A DNA stretch of 64,000 nt from Geosiphon pyriformis uo1 (GCA_016748015.1 JAAOMT010000073.1:1-64000), one strand, 5' to 3'. Positions 1-12,874 are shown, numbered from the stretch's first letter. Numbers and translations: made by a program. Notes: a model not told the origin generated them from the letters alone.

Positions 1-586
1 GACTAGTACTACAACAAGTTGTATAAAAGAAGAGCTTCTCTCTTCAAGAAAATGTATCTTCTCATATCTTACCATAGTATCTTACTTTAGGTATCTTAAT
101 TAGAACAAATCACTTTTTACATATCTCAAATAAAAATTAAATATTTGAAAACCAAATCCTTTGATTATTACACTTGAAATTCTCTCAACACAACTAACAT
201 TTTGAAATTGATTAGCTACCAATTTCAGTAATCTGTTAGTGACTCCAGGCCTGGATAGAAAACGTTTCCTTGACAAAATTCTATTTCTTTACGTTTCTTT
301 TATTTTTCTCTTTCTTTTCTTATCATAATCATTTGGGTAGCCTACAGACAAGATTCCTGTAGAAGAGTTGACTTTCACAGCAAAGTAACTACACATTTTT
401 AGTGAGCTTCCAGACGAGCAATTCCTGGGAAAGAGTTGACGTTTACTACAACGTAACTACATAAAGTAACTGGCACGGAATTGGCCATTCCACTTATAAG
501 CCCAGCGGTTCAAATTATAGGAGATAATTTGAAGATAAATTCAGTTATCGAAGGTTCAACTACTTCTTCTAGTCGTGAATAAAACA
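1..586 (+). mobile_element. Partial LTR of a third, less mutated LTR family, inserted into the ORF2 C-terminus of LINE A
   Basis: TATA-like GTATAAAAG (21-29), AATAAA (~129), hairpins (GAAATTG..CAATTTC, TCCAGGCCTGGA), a T-rich tract and an end at ...AATAAAACA (586), after which degenerate LINE ORF2 resumes. Same layout as the other LTRs in the window; CpGs are retained. Confidence 0.5.
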
Positions 587-2069
587 GCAAAACAACATCA
601 AAACCTTCAAAAAAAGAGACCAAAAACCTCTGGTAACAATGAGAAAAATAGCCTTAAATTCTGAAAAAATTGATAACATAATACCATAAATTTTAATCCT
701 AATGCTGAAATTAATATTTGAAAACAAAGCAGTAGCTCTTTTAACAACCATAGTTAAACCAAAATGTTTTATGAACTTATTCATATAAATATTAAACAAA
801 CATAAACCAAACTCTAATAAAATGTTTTTAGCATAACCAATTGAATTAGCCACTATGAAATCAGGAAAGTATTTATTAAAAAATTAAAACAAAGTGCCAG
901 CTATAGCCAATTTGTTGTTCAGAAATCAAGTAGCTAAGTTAAATCATATAAGAACAAGACTCTGTAAATCTAAATACTTCCAATATCTAAAAATTTTCAG
1001 TTAAAACAATATTCTTTTTTGTTTAGTAATTGTTCTATAAAAGCAATACCAAAGCATTTCAGAAAACAGGCCACTCTAAAAAATTTTTCACTTCCAAGAA
1101 TTTCAAACATTGGTGTTCTATTAGAAAATTAAAAAGCATTTGACAAAACATTAAAAAAAATAAGCCATAAAATAAAAAATTTTCACAATTTCAGCCAAAA
1201 AATTATTCATAGAAATAATATTTAATTTAATAGAATAGTATAATAGATGTATTAACAACCAGTTAATAATTTGCAAATCTATATACTAATAGATAAAAAG
1301 TTGTCTTAAAACATTAGATACATTTGTAAAACTTAAAACAACTGATAATTTACTTTTAGTCTGTACTTGGCCAAAAGTTTTTATGCCATAAAAAAATAAA
1401 TATAGCAATGTGTTTATAAAAAAATTACATGAAAGATTTGTTTTGAGTTTTAGATTTTTTTTGATTATAGCATTCTATTTAATGCAAATACTTTCAGAAA
1501 TATAATTAAATTGTGTTTTGTAACTAATGATAGACTATAGAACCAAAAAAACCAAATAACAAAATTGTTTATCAGAAATAGTTTTATACAAAACTATATT
1601 TAAAAAAAATCAAACATCTAATTAAGCTTTAACTAAACTAGACTTTAACAGCTTATCTGTTAACAAAAATATATCCAAATACTAATAAGATTCACTTTTT
1701 TTAGCAATTGTAATTGATAAGCCACTAATAAGCAAGAAAAATTTTCTGACTTTTTGATTGATAAGAATAGCAATTATTTTATCATTGTTTATAAAAATAT
1801 TATTAATTATAAAGAATTCACTAATTTTGTTCAGAATGTATTATGTTGTTGTTTGATTATTACCAACTCAAATTGTGTTATTTACAAAAGTTTCAACAGC
1901 AAAATAAGTGATTATTTCAGCTTAAGCTTTTACTTTGTTAGATTTTGCCACAAATTTTGAATCAATTCTATATTCACATAAATAATCAATCCTTTTAATT
2001 TCACACAGAAGGTGATTATAAAAAATTTTCCAAAAAAACAAAAAAAAACTTTATTTTAATTGAGTTTAT

Positions 2070-3104
2070 TGTTATCTAAGTAGAAAAACCAATTCAAGTT
2101 ATAAAAAAATGTGATCAAAAATGTAATAATACAAAATAATGTAAAAGAACACAGAATAATATGTAATAACTCAAGATAATATAATACAAAACAAAATTTA
2201 ATAATGTAATATAGCACAAAATAATGAGGATAATTAGTAATATCATAGAAAAATAAAGCAATAACAAAAATAGCAAACAATAATTAACAATAACAAAACA
2301 ATTAAAAACAATCTTATAGAACTAAAAAAAATATATAAAAAAAAGTAGTTATAGAAGATAAAAAGACAAACAAATAGACAAGAATTAACTTTCTTCTACT
2401 TATATTTATTATATATCTCTTATTATATCTTATATTTTATATTACTGAAATAAAAAAAATATTAACAAAACTTGAAATCCCTATTTGTATAATTCTTATA
2501 CTTCATATATTGTAACTAAATTACTCTTGTTTTTATCTTTGTTTCTGGTTAGATGCTCTTAGCATAAATAGCCTTAAATTATTATGACTTGGACTAATTA
2601 TTTTTAATAATGGCAATTGATAATACTAATTTATTTTCTTTTACTTTTTTTTATTTTTTTTTATTTTTTTATTTTTATTTTTATTTTTATTTTTATTTTT
2701 ATTATCTCTTATGGAATAACAATATAAGAAAATTGACTATCTGAAAATAGACTTCATAATAGCTTGGTAAAAAAAAAAGTCTTTTTTAGAATTAAATATT
2801 AATATTATCTTGTAAGCTTATCAGAAAGATGAAAAGACACTGCTGGACTTTAGCAACTGTGTTCAACTAGTTTGAAAAAAATAGTTTATATATAAAAAGT
2901 TGTAATATTATGAAACTATTTCTCTGTGTTTTATAACCAAAAAACTTTATAAATAAATTCACATTAATTAAAAAAATCTTTAGAGACTGATAATACTAAT
3001 ATACTAAACAAGCTTATTGGAAAAAAACTATCAAAAACTTCCTAGAAACCCAAATTTTGAGCACCAAATATTATTATCATATACTACCAAGTTTATTTAT
3101 AACA
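2070..3104 (+). mobile_element. Degenerate solo LTR
   Basis: Termini TGTTAT...ATAACA; flanks TTAT/CTAT (a 4-bp TSD differing by one transition); interrupts the LINE RT D-G-L-D-Q-G motif; contains a U3 repeat array, TATA, a T tract and GAGCACCAA (3059-3067). Confidence 0.7.
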
Positions 3105-5843
3105 CTATTTAGTATCTTATAATTATTTAAAAAACCAAAATCTGTTATTATTTTGTTGGTTTTATTTAAATAAATACTTCCAAAAAACTTAATAAATCTA
3201 ACACACATTTTAATTTATTTTAAACTAGCTTTTAAGTGATATTATCTAACTGAATTATATGTTTTACACATATTTTAAAGAATTAGCCAAAGCTCTCAAT
3301 TTTTTTTTAAAGTATTTTTAACTATTAAGCAGATAACAAAAATAGAAGATTGAGTTGTAGTATTTTTTAAAACTAAAAAATTGTTATCTCAGAAAATGTT
3401 GAATTTGCTACAAACTAATAAAATACAATCTGATAAAATTTTAGACAAAATTTTTTTCACTGTTTCAATCAAAACAATAGACTGTGTATTTATAAGTATT
3501 CTATTTCATTCATAAAATTTGGGGATTATTGAAACCTAGTTATTTTTTTAAAGAGCTGAAACATTATTACAAACCAAACAAAAGTTCAATAGATCCAAAA
3601 GACATTTTAATACTAAGTTATTACAATGTTTCTAAAGTTTATTCATGCTAATTTTTTTTATTACATTAGAAAAAAAATTGTCTTCTACATATTCTAAAAA
3701 TACATATTAATAAGACTATGATTCTGGTATTGTTTTATATATTTTTTACTCTCTTATTCAATTTATCATGATTTTATTTATTTTAAGCTTTATATTATTT
3801 GGTTCTAAAACTAAGTTATCTTTAATAACCAAATGGTCAAGTACCACTTTATGGAAAGATTATTCTAAAACACTTTTTATTATACTTTTTTTATTTAAAC
3901 TAAAACTTTTTATATACTTTTCAATTGCTTTTTTGATAGATTTGTCCTTAACCAATTCTGTTTTACTGTACTAGGATTTTTGATAATGTTTTTTGACTAC
4001 TACTAAGTATTTAAGAATCTCCATAAAACTAGCACCTTTACTAATTAAACTGGTAAACTTAAAAGCTTGTATGCTATTAAAAACTAATCAGATCTTAATA
4101 AAACAAGTAAAATTCGAGCTGTTGTCTAAAGTTAAAGTCTTAACCAACTTAGCAACTAATATTTTAAGCTTGTAGAACTTAAAAGTTTGTCTATTTTTTG
4201 AACAATTGAAAACATTAAACCAATGTTTAAAGAAAATCAAATCTGCCAAATTGACTATTATTATTTTCAATAACTCCTATATAGAATCTAAATTATTAAG
4301 TCTTTTTGTACTTATAAATTCATCTAAATATATTAACATTTTGGCAGAAAAACATTTCTTAAAATGAATTCACTTGGCTGTATCTGAATTCTTAATTTTA
4401 AACTTTCAGTGGTTTTTGTTAACTTGCTTTTGGATTGTATTTAGGCATTTATTCAAAAAATCACACAAACTAAAAAAAACAGAGACAGCCATATAATCTG
4501 TTTTAAAAAAATTTGACATATTGTTAACACTTTTATCTATTACAGCCATTAAAAAATGTTTACTAACAAAAACAAAATCATAATTTTTCTTACTTTCTTT
4601 AAATTATTTTATGTTGAGAGTTTAATAAAAGACTATCTAAAAAGAAATTATATAGACCCAAATTCAAATATTTTCCATAACTATCATTCTGTCTTATCTT
4701 ATTTTTATTGAAATCTCCACTTAATACTACATAAAAACTCGAATTGACAGTTTTGGCAATATAAAAGTTTATTTTGTATGCTTGACTAAATCTTATATTA
4801 GCTAAAACACCAGCATATAAGCCCAAAATTTTTACTTAAACTTTATTGGCAAAAAAAATGGATAGAAATAAGACATTCAAAAATCTCAAAAACTTTATAC
4901 ATATGTTTGGCAAGATTATTATATATTATTATTACTACTTCTAAATTCAGATAATCTACATCTAATCCAAAAACAAAAACTTTTAAACCTGAAAATCTGT
5001 TTTTGATTTAAGGTCTAGTCTGCTTTTTTAACTTTGTTTTTGTATTAATAAAAACCAAATTATCTGAATTTTTATGCTACTTAATAACATCATTTTGTTT
5101 AGCTAAATTGTTTATTCTTCTAATATTACAGATTGCAAATTTCCAAACAAAACTGGTTATTGATATAAAAAAAGTGCTTTAGAGTCTAAGCCAGTATACA
5201 ACTGATCTAATTTATTTAAAACCAAATTGACAGATACTTCAAAAACAAATATCTTAAATTCTAGACTTTTAATTTTGATGGTTAATACTTTAGAACTGCT
5301 TAAATTTAAAACTGAAATCTCAGTTATTACCAATAAAGGAAAGAAAAATAAAATCTGTAAATTATTTAATACTATATTAGAGTTTGTAAAAAGAGATACC
5401 AATAAGAAAATATTTGTAGTCAGATTTAAAACCAAACTCAAATTTGAAACTGAAAAGTCTATCAAAATAAGAGAGGGAAGAACAGACACAGAGAACACCA
5501 AATCTATTTTATTCAGCTTGCATAAAATTATTGATATCTAATCTGCTAACAGTTTTAAAGAGCATTTTAAGAAAGTTAGCTGATTATTAAAAACAAGTAT
5601 GTCTTAAAAGATAAAAAAAACACTGCCAAAATAAAAGCTACCAGAAAAAGAGGATTTGAAGAAAAAATCAGAACAAATGCTAATAAAATCAATTATTGAA
5701 GAAATTACCTGTATCCAAAATTTGCCATTAAAAACAACAAAATAGGTAATAAAATTTTTTTTTTGTGTATAAATAGACCAGCTAAAGACAATTTTTATCT
5801 GATATAATCTTTTTATAATTTTTTTTAAGATAGAAACTGATGG

Positions 5844-6666
5844 TGTTACTCATAAAAAGAAAACAGATATAGAAAAATAGTAGGCCAATAAGAAAGTAGT
5901 AGTTAACACATAAGCACATTGCTCAACAATATAGAGCAATATCAGAAATCATAGCACATTGCTCAGCAATGTGGAGCAATGTTAAGAAAATATAGCACAT
6001 TGCTAAGCAATATGAACATTGCTTGAGAAATTATAGAATATTGCTCAAGAATATGAGCAATCTCATAGAACCTAAATTATGTATATATAGTGGTAGCATT
6101 AAAAGTAGAAAAGACAGATCTCTCAGTTTAGATTTTATCTAAACAACCTTTCCATTCACAAATATCAATAAATAATTATTTTTTATTTTAAATTCACTCC
6201 CACTATCAACACTTTATGTTGATAGTAATTGATACTTAACCACACTGGAACAATAGCTCTTGATCATGGCTATTGATGGAATACTAACTTGCAATTGCTT
6301 TTGTTTAAATTTTGTTTATTTTTTTTTATTTTCTTTGTTTTATTAAAATTGATTAAGGATTAAGTGCTGAGATACAAACATCATAGGACTGGTAAAAGAT
6401 CCATGAAACAAGAGTAGAACACTTATAGATTTGAGAATAGCTTACCAGAAGGATTACCGGCCATCACACTGAAAAAGAAATTTGATGAAATTGTGATTTT
6501 GGGAGGCTACTGAAAACAATTGTTAAATCTCTGTCTATTATACAAACAACTCTACAACAAACCTTCAGATCAATAAAACCTTCAGATATCTATGCCAGAA
6601 TACCACTCAAGCACCAAGTTATGGATTTGTTATTTGCTTTGAGACCCCAAATAATCATTTGTAACA
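5844..6666 (+). repeat. 5' LTR of element 1
   Basis: Direct repeat of 14960-15782; TG...CA termini; TATATATA and AATAAA present. Confidence 0.97.
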
Positions 6667-6668
6667 TT

Positions 6669-6685
6669 TGGTGCTCCCTGTGAGG
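6669..6685 (+). other. Primer-binding site TGGTGCTCCCTGTGAGG (complementary to a tRNA 3' end, probably elongator Met or Ile-UAU)
   Basis: Starts with TGG 2 nt after the LTR; identical in element 2 (62501-62517, minus strand). Confidence 0.85.
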
Positions 6686-6689
6686 TATA

Positions 6690-9600
6690 ATCCTACAGAG
6701 AACCAGCACCAACAACCCCATCTAAACAGTAGCAAAATCTGAAGAAATAGAAACAAACCACTTGGAATTTGCGAAATTTTTATTCCAACACTATCATACT
6801 CATCTTGGATTAACAAATAATAGTTGGCCAACAGAATCAGCTTTCAATTGCTACATCAATGAGAGAATTGTATACCATTTAGGAGGCCAAGGAGATTCAG
6901 AATCCGCCTTCAACAACTTCTTTAGTGAATTGCTCCAAAGCACCACCTTTCCACAAAACTACCTATTTGTATCCCTAATTACAAAAATAAACAGGGAAAT
7001 TGAAAAATACACCAAACAGAAATTTTCTATCACTTTTGCCAACAAAGAGAAAAGAAGGTTACAAACACCAGCAGAAACACCAAAGCAAATTCAACTACTT
7101 ACTTGGAAAAAACAAAGATTTGATTTATCTGCTAATCTATCATATTATCATACATCCGGAAGCACTATCAATATAATAAGCATAGCTACAGCAAGCATGA
7201 CAATGCTGCTAAACAAAATCTCATTCCAAAGTAAACAAAAAAAAGCAGAGTTATTAGGAACATATAGTGATTTTTTCAAGGGATTTAAATCACAATCCCC
7301 AATGCTATCAGAAATTTGATCACCACCACCACAACCAGATTTCAGAGCCATTAGTCCTTGAGAAATAAATGACTCTAAAGAAGAAGAGAGTAGTGATCAG
7401 GAAGTTAACAAGCAAAACCTGATCCTAGAAAATTCAAAAATTAAAACTCCAGTTAATCAAACTCCAGAAAATCAGAATAATTAAAACTTCGACATAATTA
7501 ACCAATACTTACCTTCAGTAATTGTGATCAAACCACCACCAGCTCCACTAATTGCTGAACAGCAACAACAGTCACAACCACTACTCTAACAACAAATCCA
7601 GCAGCAACCACAACAACAACCAATGGCTTATGCTCCAATCACTAAAATAGAAAAATTTACTGGCAAAGAAGATGATATCCAAGTATGGCTTAATGATGTA
7701 GAAAAAGCCATCACAGCTAATGGGTGGAACAATGCCAGAGCTTTTCAAGCAATTCCCTATTTTCTACAGGATACTGCTGACTTGTGGTATCAGAGTTTAG
7801 CTGTTAAATTTCAAACATTCCAGGAATTTAAAACTGCATTCTTGGGATATTTCAGTAATAATAACAGCATTAATCACCTGGCCAATGCTTTTACTACAAT
7901 TAAACAGGGAGAAACTAAAGCAGTTACTACTTACTTAGGACACTTTCACAAGAACTTGCACCAAATTCAAGCAATTTAGGCTGATTATTTTACAGTACCA
8001 CAGATTCTAAACCAGTTCATCCATGGACTGTACAGTAGCCTTCTACAATACATATGCCCAATGCACCCACAAACTTTCCAAAATGCAGTTACTAATATGA
8101 AAGATTTTGAATTGGCAAAACTTGAAGCAAACCATGTTCAAGTTATTAACCTAGTCATGAATAGATTATCTGACTTGGACTTCAAATTAAAACAACTTAG
8201 TGAATTAATTAATCAGAAATTGGAAGGATACTTAGCTAACAATCATGCAATTTATTAACTACCACAATGACACAATAATCCAGGAAACACAAATCATTTC
8301 CAAAATCAGTCGTATCCATTGTCAAATCAGCTGTGGCAACAAAAAACGCATGTTTGTCATAACTGTAGTAAATAAGGCCATATTAGAGCTAACTGCCAAT
8401 TTTATAATAATAACTCACAATCAGAAAATCAATATTAAAACTCTGATTGCCAGTTTCAAGCTCCGAATTATCAACCCAACCTAGCATCATATCAACTGAA
8501 TTACTTACCTATAACACAACAGCCAATCTATTAACCACCAATTTATTAGCCAATTAACTCTGCCATTTATTAACTGCAGTCTCAACCTATTTATTAGTTG
8601 TAGCTTTAGGTAATTTATCAGTCCCAACCAATTCAAACACTGCCACAAAACTTATCTTAAAACAGAACTTAAAGGCTAAGACTAACACAACAAAGCTGGA
8701 GATCATCAATGGTAGTTTATTAACTAATCTCCAGTTTCTTAACACAACAATTGGGATCCTGACAATGGAATTCGGGCACTGGGTATGCCCAAAATCCAAA
8801 TTTCCAACACTATTTAAGTCTTCTGGTTATCCCAAAAGACACCACATCCAACAACCTGGAATCTAGCCAGAAACAGTCACTTACTAACAATATTCCACCA
8901 GCAACCATCTCCTATGACAAATCTTTAGCAGTTATTTTTCTTTTTGAACTCGAAGAAACCACAACAGTCTCATTATTCAATAGAGCTGCTCTTGACACCA
9001 AACTGATCACTGTTATATACATTGATGCAAAGGTTGATGGTCATACCATTAAGCTGATACTAGATAGTGGATTAGCTAGTAGCATCATTACATGACAACT
9101 CATGGACTAATTAGGTCACCAAGTTGATCATGCTGTTAGCATTCGCATAATCACTGCTGAGGGGCAATTAAAACCTCTATTGATGAAATTGATGACCTCT
9201 CTTTTGAAATTAATAACATTATTATTCCCATCAAAGTCTTAGTAATAGAAGCAACTTAATATCAGGCATTGGTAGAAAATGACTGGTTATCTAAACCAAT
9301 ACTGTACTTGACTAGATGATGCAAGAACTCCAACTCAGCCAGAATGGTTGACACACATAAGTACCAGCCATGTGTGGCCATTTCAAAACCCTCAACATGC
9401 CAGCACCTCTTATCAAATTTGAGGAAAAAGAGAAGAAACCTATCTGAGAAGCCTATCAAGTGTCCTAGGTCAACAAAGACCACAATGAGTTGCTGCTGAT
9501 ACTCTCCTGGGATGACAACAACAAAAAAAAACAGAAGGAAGAACTTATCTGGAATACAGACCAAGCCTGGGAAACCAATAATAACCAAGACAACTTATCA

Positions 9601-12600
9601 ACTTGGGAGTAGAAAGAGACTGACAAAGAAAAAGGAAAAGAAAAAGAAACAACACCTATCAGCACTACTTATAATTATTACACCTACATTACACCCCAAC
9701 GATCTGCCTATTATTGACCAAAACTCATATGCATCAATTGCAGTAAGAAATTGTTGTCAATAAATGCATGTTGTGGTGATGATGAGAAATATCAAATGGC
9801 AACCAAGTTTTACTGTCATCCATGTGTCATAGAATGCTTTGGATGACCAAAATGGCAAGGAAAATGGGACAATAAACCATGTTTTGTCTGTAGAACTATT
9901 TTACTTAATGAAGAAATGTGAAATAACATTCCTGGGCATAGAGGAATATACAATGAGATGTGTCAGTATACAATCTTAATCAACAACTGGGTACTCAAGG
10001 GAACACTAATTGACAACGCTTGGAAAAGAACATTATAATAATTGGAAGGATATTCCCATGACAAACATGAACTCTGGAGAATGGCATACATGAAAGCAGA
10101 AGGCATGACAACCAGCGAACTACTGGAAATCAAAAACAATCCTCTATCTCTTCCTAAACCTAAATACGTCCAAACTTTTGACATCTTTGGCAACATTGAA
10201 GACAACTCAGAAGAATTCCATGAACATTACCAGTAATTAGTGCCCACAAAGAAAGAGTAAGAGCAATACTTAGAGCAGCTGAACACTCAACTGTGTCAAT
10301 ATTGTCTAATTCCATGTGACTTCCAATATTGTAATAAGTGTGACCTTATTTACAATCTACCATTATGCATAATCTACACAATCCCAAAAGAAGAAGAACC
10401 AATCAGCAGCTGCACATCAGAATTGGAATCAACTTTCAATCCTGATTCAAACTCCAACAACAATGATAACAAAAACAACAGTTCCAGCTTCGCTCAATAT
10501 GGCAACAAAAATAACAATGATTTGGAATCCAATTCAAATCCTGAAGCATATATTACACTTCTTGATCTCACCAAGGAACAAGAACTGAAATAGTTCAGCG
10601 ATAATAATGAAGATATTATGCCTGAACACGTGCATGATACTGATGCAGGATTTGATCTAAGATATCCAAGGAAAGATCCCATTAAATTGGAACCACATTC
10701 GTACATTTGTATCAATCTGAAAATAACACTAGAAATTCTAGCAACAACAATAGTTTAACTAGCATTCAGAAGTAGTTTAGCGAAAAAAAAAATCAACATC
10801 AGAGGAGGAATAATTGATGCAGGATATGTAGGAAATATCATTGCTATGCTACAAAATGACTCAGAAAAGACCTATATTATAGAGCCAAATAAAAAGATAG
10901 CACAGACAATATTCTTGCCTCTGGTGAAAATAGCTCAGTTAGTATTAATGGGAAACAGGAAAGAGTTAGGGATTACTGCTAAAGGAATACAGAGATTTGG
11001 ATCAATAGATAAAATAGACATACCAGTTAATATAGTAGAGAAAGAGGTTATTGACAAAGGAGAAATTATCTCAACCCATTAATCAATTTCTATTCTACCA
11101 TATGACCAGTATATGTTAGCCCTAAAAAGAGAAGTAAAGAATCAAGCTTAGTTGTTTGAAGCAGAAGCCACCATTTGTGAATTAGAAGAGATTGGACTCA
11201 CTAATCTCTACATATTAGTCAAAAGCCTCAAAAATATCAAAATTTCCATCTACAACACAATGGGAAGTGTTATTGAAATACCAAAAAAAATTATTATTGG
11301 ATATTTAACCACTGAAGTTGAGGATCAACCACCAAACCACATTCCAGATTTTCTACAGCTTTGTAGATATGTGAATATTACATCACAAACCATTTATGGA
11401 CAAAGCAAATGTTATCTGCTCCAACTGAAACAATTGGAACAAATGAATTTGGGAAATTTAGACCCACTTTAACAAATACAACTTAAGATATTACTCAACA
11501 ATTTCAATAACATCTTTGCCAGTGAAAATAAATTTGGCAGAACTAACATAATCTAGCACCAGATTAAGACTGAAGATGAAATGCCAATAAAACAAAGAGC
11601 ATATAGAATACCACCAGCTAGTCATGAAATCATTTGTCAAGAAATTAATCAAATGTTTGACAATAGACTAATTCAGCCATCAATAAGCCCATGGTTATTA
11701 CCAGTGGTACTAGTTTGAAAGAAAAATGGAAAGATTCATTTTTGTGTAGACTATTGAAAACTGAATGGAGTAACTAAAAGTGATAGTTATCTAATTCCAA
11801 AGATCCAAAAACTATTTGATGCTTTTGGAGGAAATAAATGGTTCTTGACACTGGACTTAGATAGTGGTTACTGACAAGTAGCCATGCATCCAGCCAACAA
11901 AAAAAAAACAGCATTTACCACCAGAGAAAAAAATTTTGAGTTTGAAGTCATGCCATTTGGCTTGATGAATGCTCCAGCAACATTCCAATGGCTTATGAAG
12001 ATTGTCTATACTGGATTACTGTGAAAATCAGTAGTTGTTTACTTAAACAACACCAATGTGTTTTCCAAAACATTTGATGATTATCTACATCATCTTTAAC
12101 AAGTATTTGAAAGATTGAGAAGAGTGGAATTAAAGCTAAATGCCACTAAATGCTTTTTTGAAAAAACTGAACTCAAATTTTTGGGACATATTGTAAGCAA
12201 AAACAGTATCAAAACAGATCCAAATAAGATAGAGACTGTTAAAAACTTTTTAGTACCAAATAATCCCACAGAATTGAGAGCATTCTTGGGATTTGCTGGA
12301 TACTACCGCCACTTTATCAAAGACTTTTCCAAAATAGCTCAACCACTGCACTAGTTTCAAACAAAGAATGCCAAGTATAAATAGACAGAAACCCAGCAAG
12401 AAGCTTTTGATAAATTAAGAAGAAAGTTCATTCAAGTTCCAGTATTAATCTATTCAGATTATAACAAGCCATTTATTATCACTACCAATCCATTAGATCA
12501 AACATTGAGAGCAGTACTATCACAAAAAAAACCAGATGGAAGAGAACATCCAGTAACTTATGCCAGTAGAAGCTTAAGTCCAGCTGAAAAAAACTATGAA

Positions 12601-12843
12601 ACACCAGCATTAGAACACTTAGCAATTTATTGGGCAGTCATGAAATAGAAAGAATACTTAAGCCAAAAGTTTGAAATATATATGGATCACAAAGAATTAA
12701 CTTTAATCCAGAAACAAGAATTTGGAAATGACTGTCATGTCAGATAAAAAATAGAACTTTCACTATTCAATTATACAATACATTATAAAAAAGGAAAAGA
12801 CAATGGAAATGCCAACAGTTTATTACAAATGAGACAAATCTAA
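6690..12843 (+). pseudogene. gag-pol polyprotein pseudogene: Gag with CCHC knuckle, aspartic protease, Cys-rich region, dUTPase, RT, RNase H
   Basis: MAYAPITKIEKFTG capsid start (7623); CHNCSK*GHIRANC; LILDSG protease (~9055); DAGFDL, GGIIDAGYVG and QRFGS dUTPase motifs (10.63-11.02 kb); RT YLNNT (mutated YLDD); RH ending NANSLLQMRQI*. Essentially one frame with many TAA/TAG/TGA transition stops. Confidence 0.92.
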
Positions 12844-12874
12844 AAACCACTTCAACCCAAAAATATAACAAAAG

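Noticed and set aside
6685-6699. 14-nt micro-intron (GTATAATCCTACAG) joining a U5 frame to gag
   Set aside because: Too short for a spliceosomal intron, and the upstream U5 frame is not conserved between the two elements (1-nt length difference).
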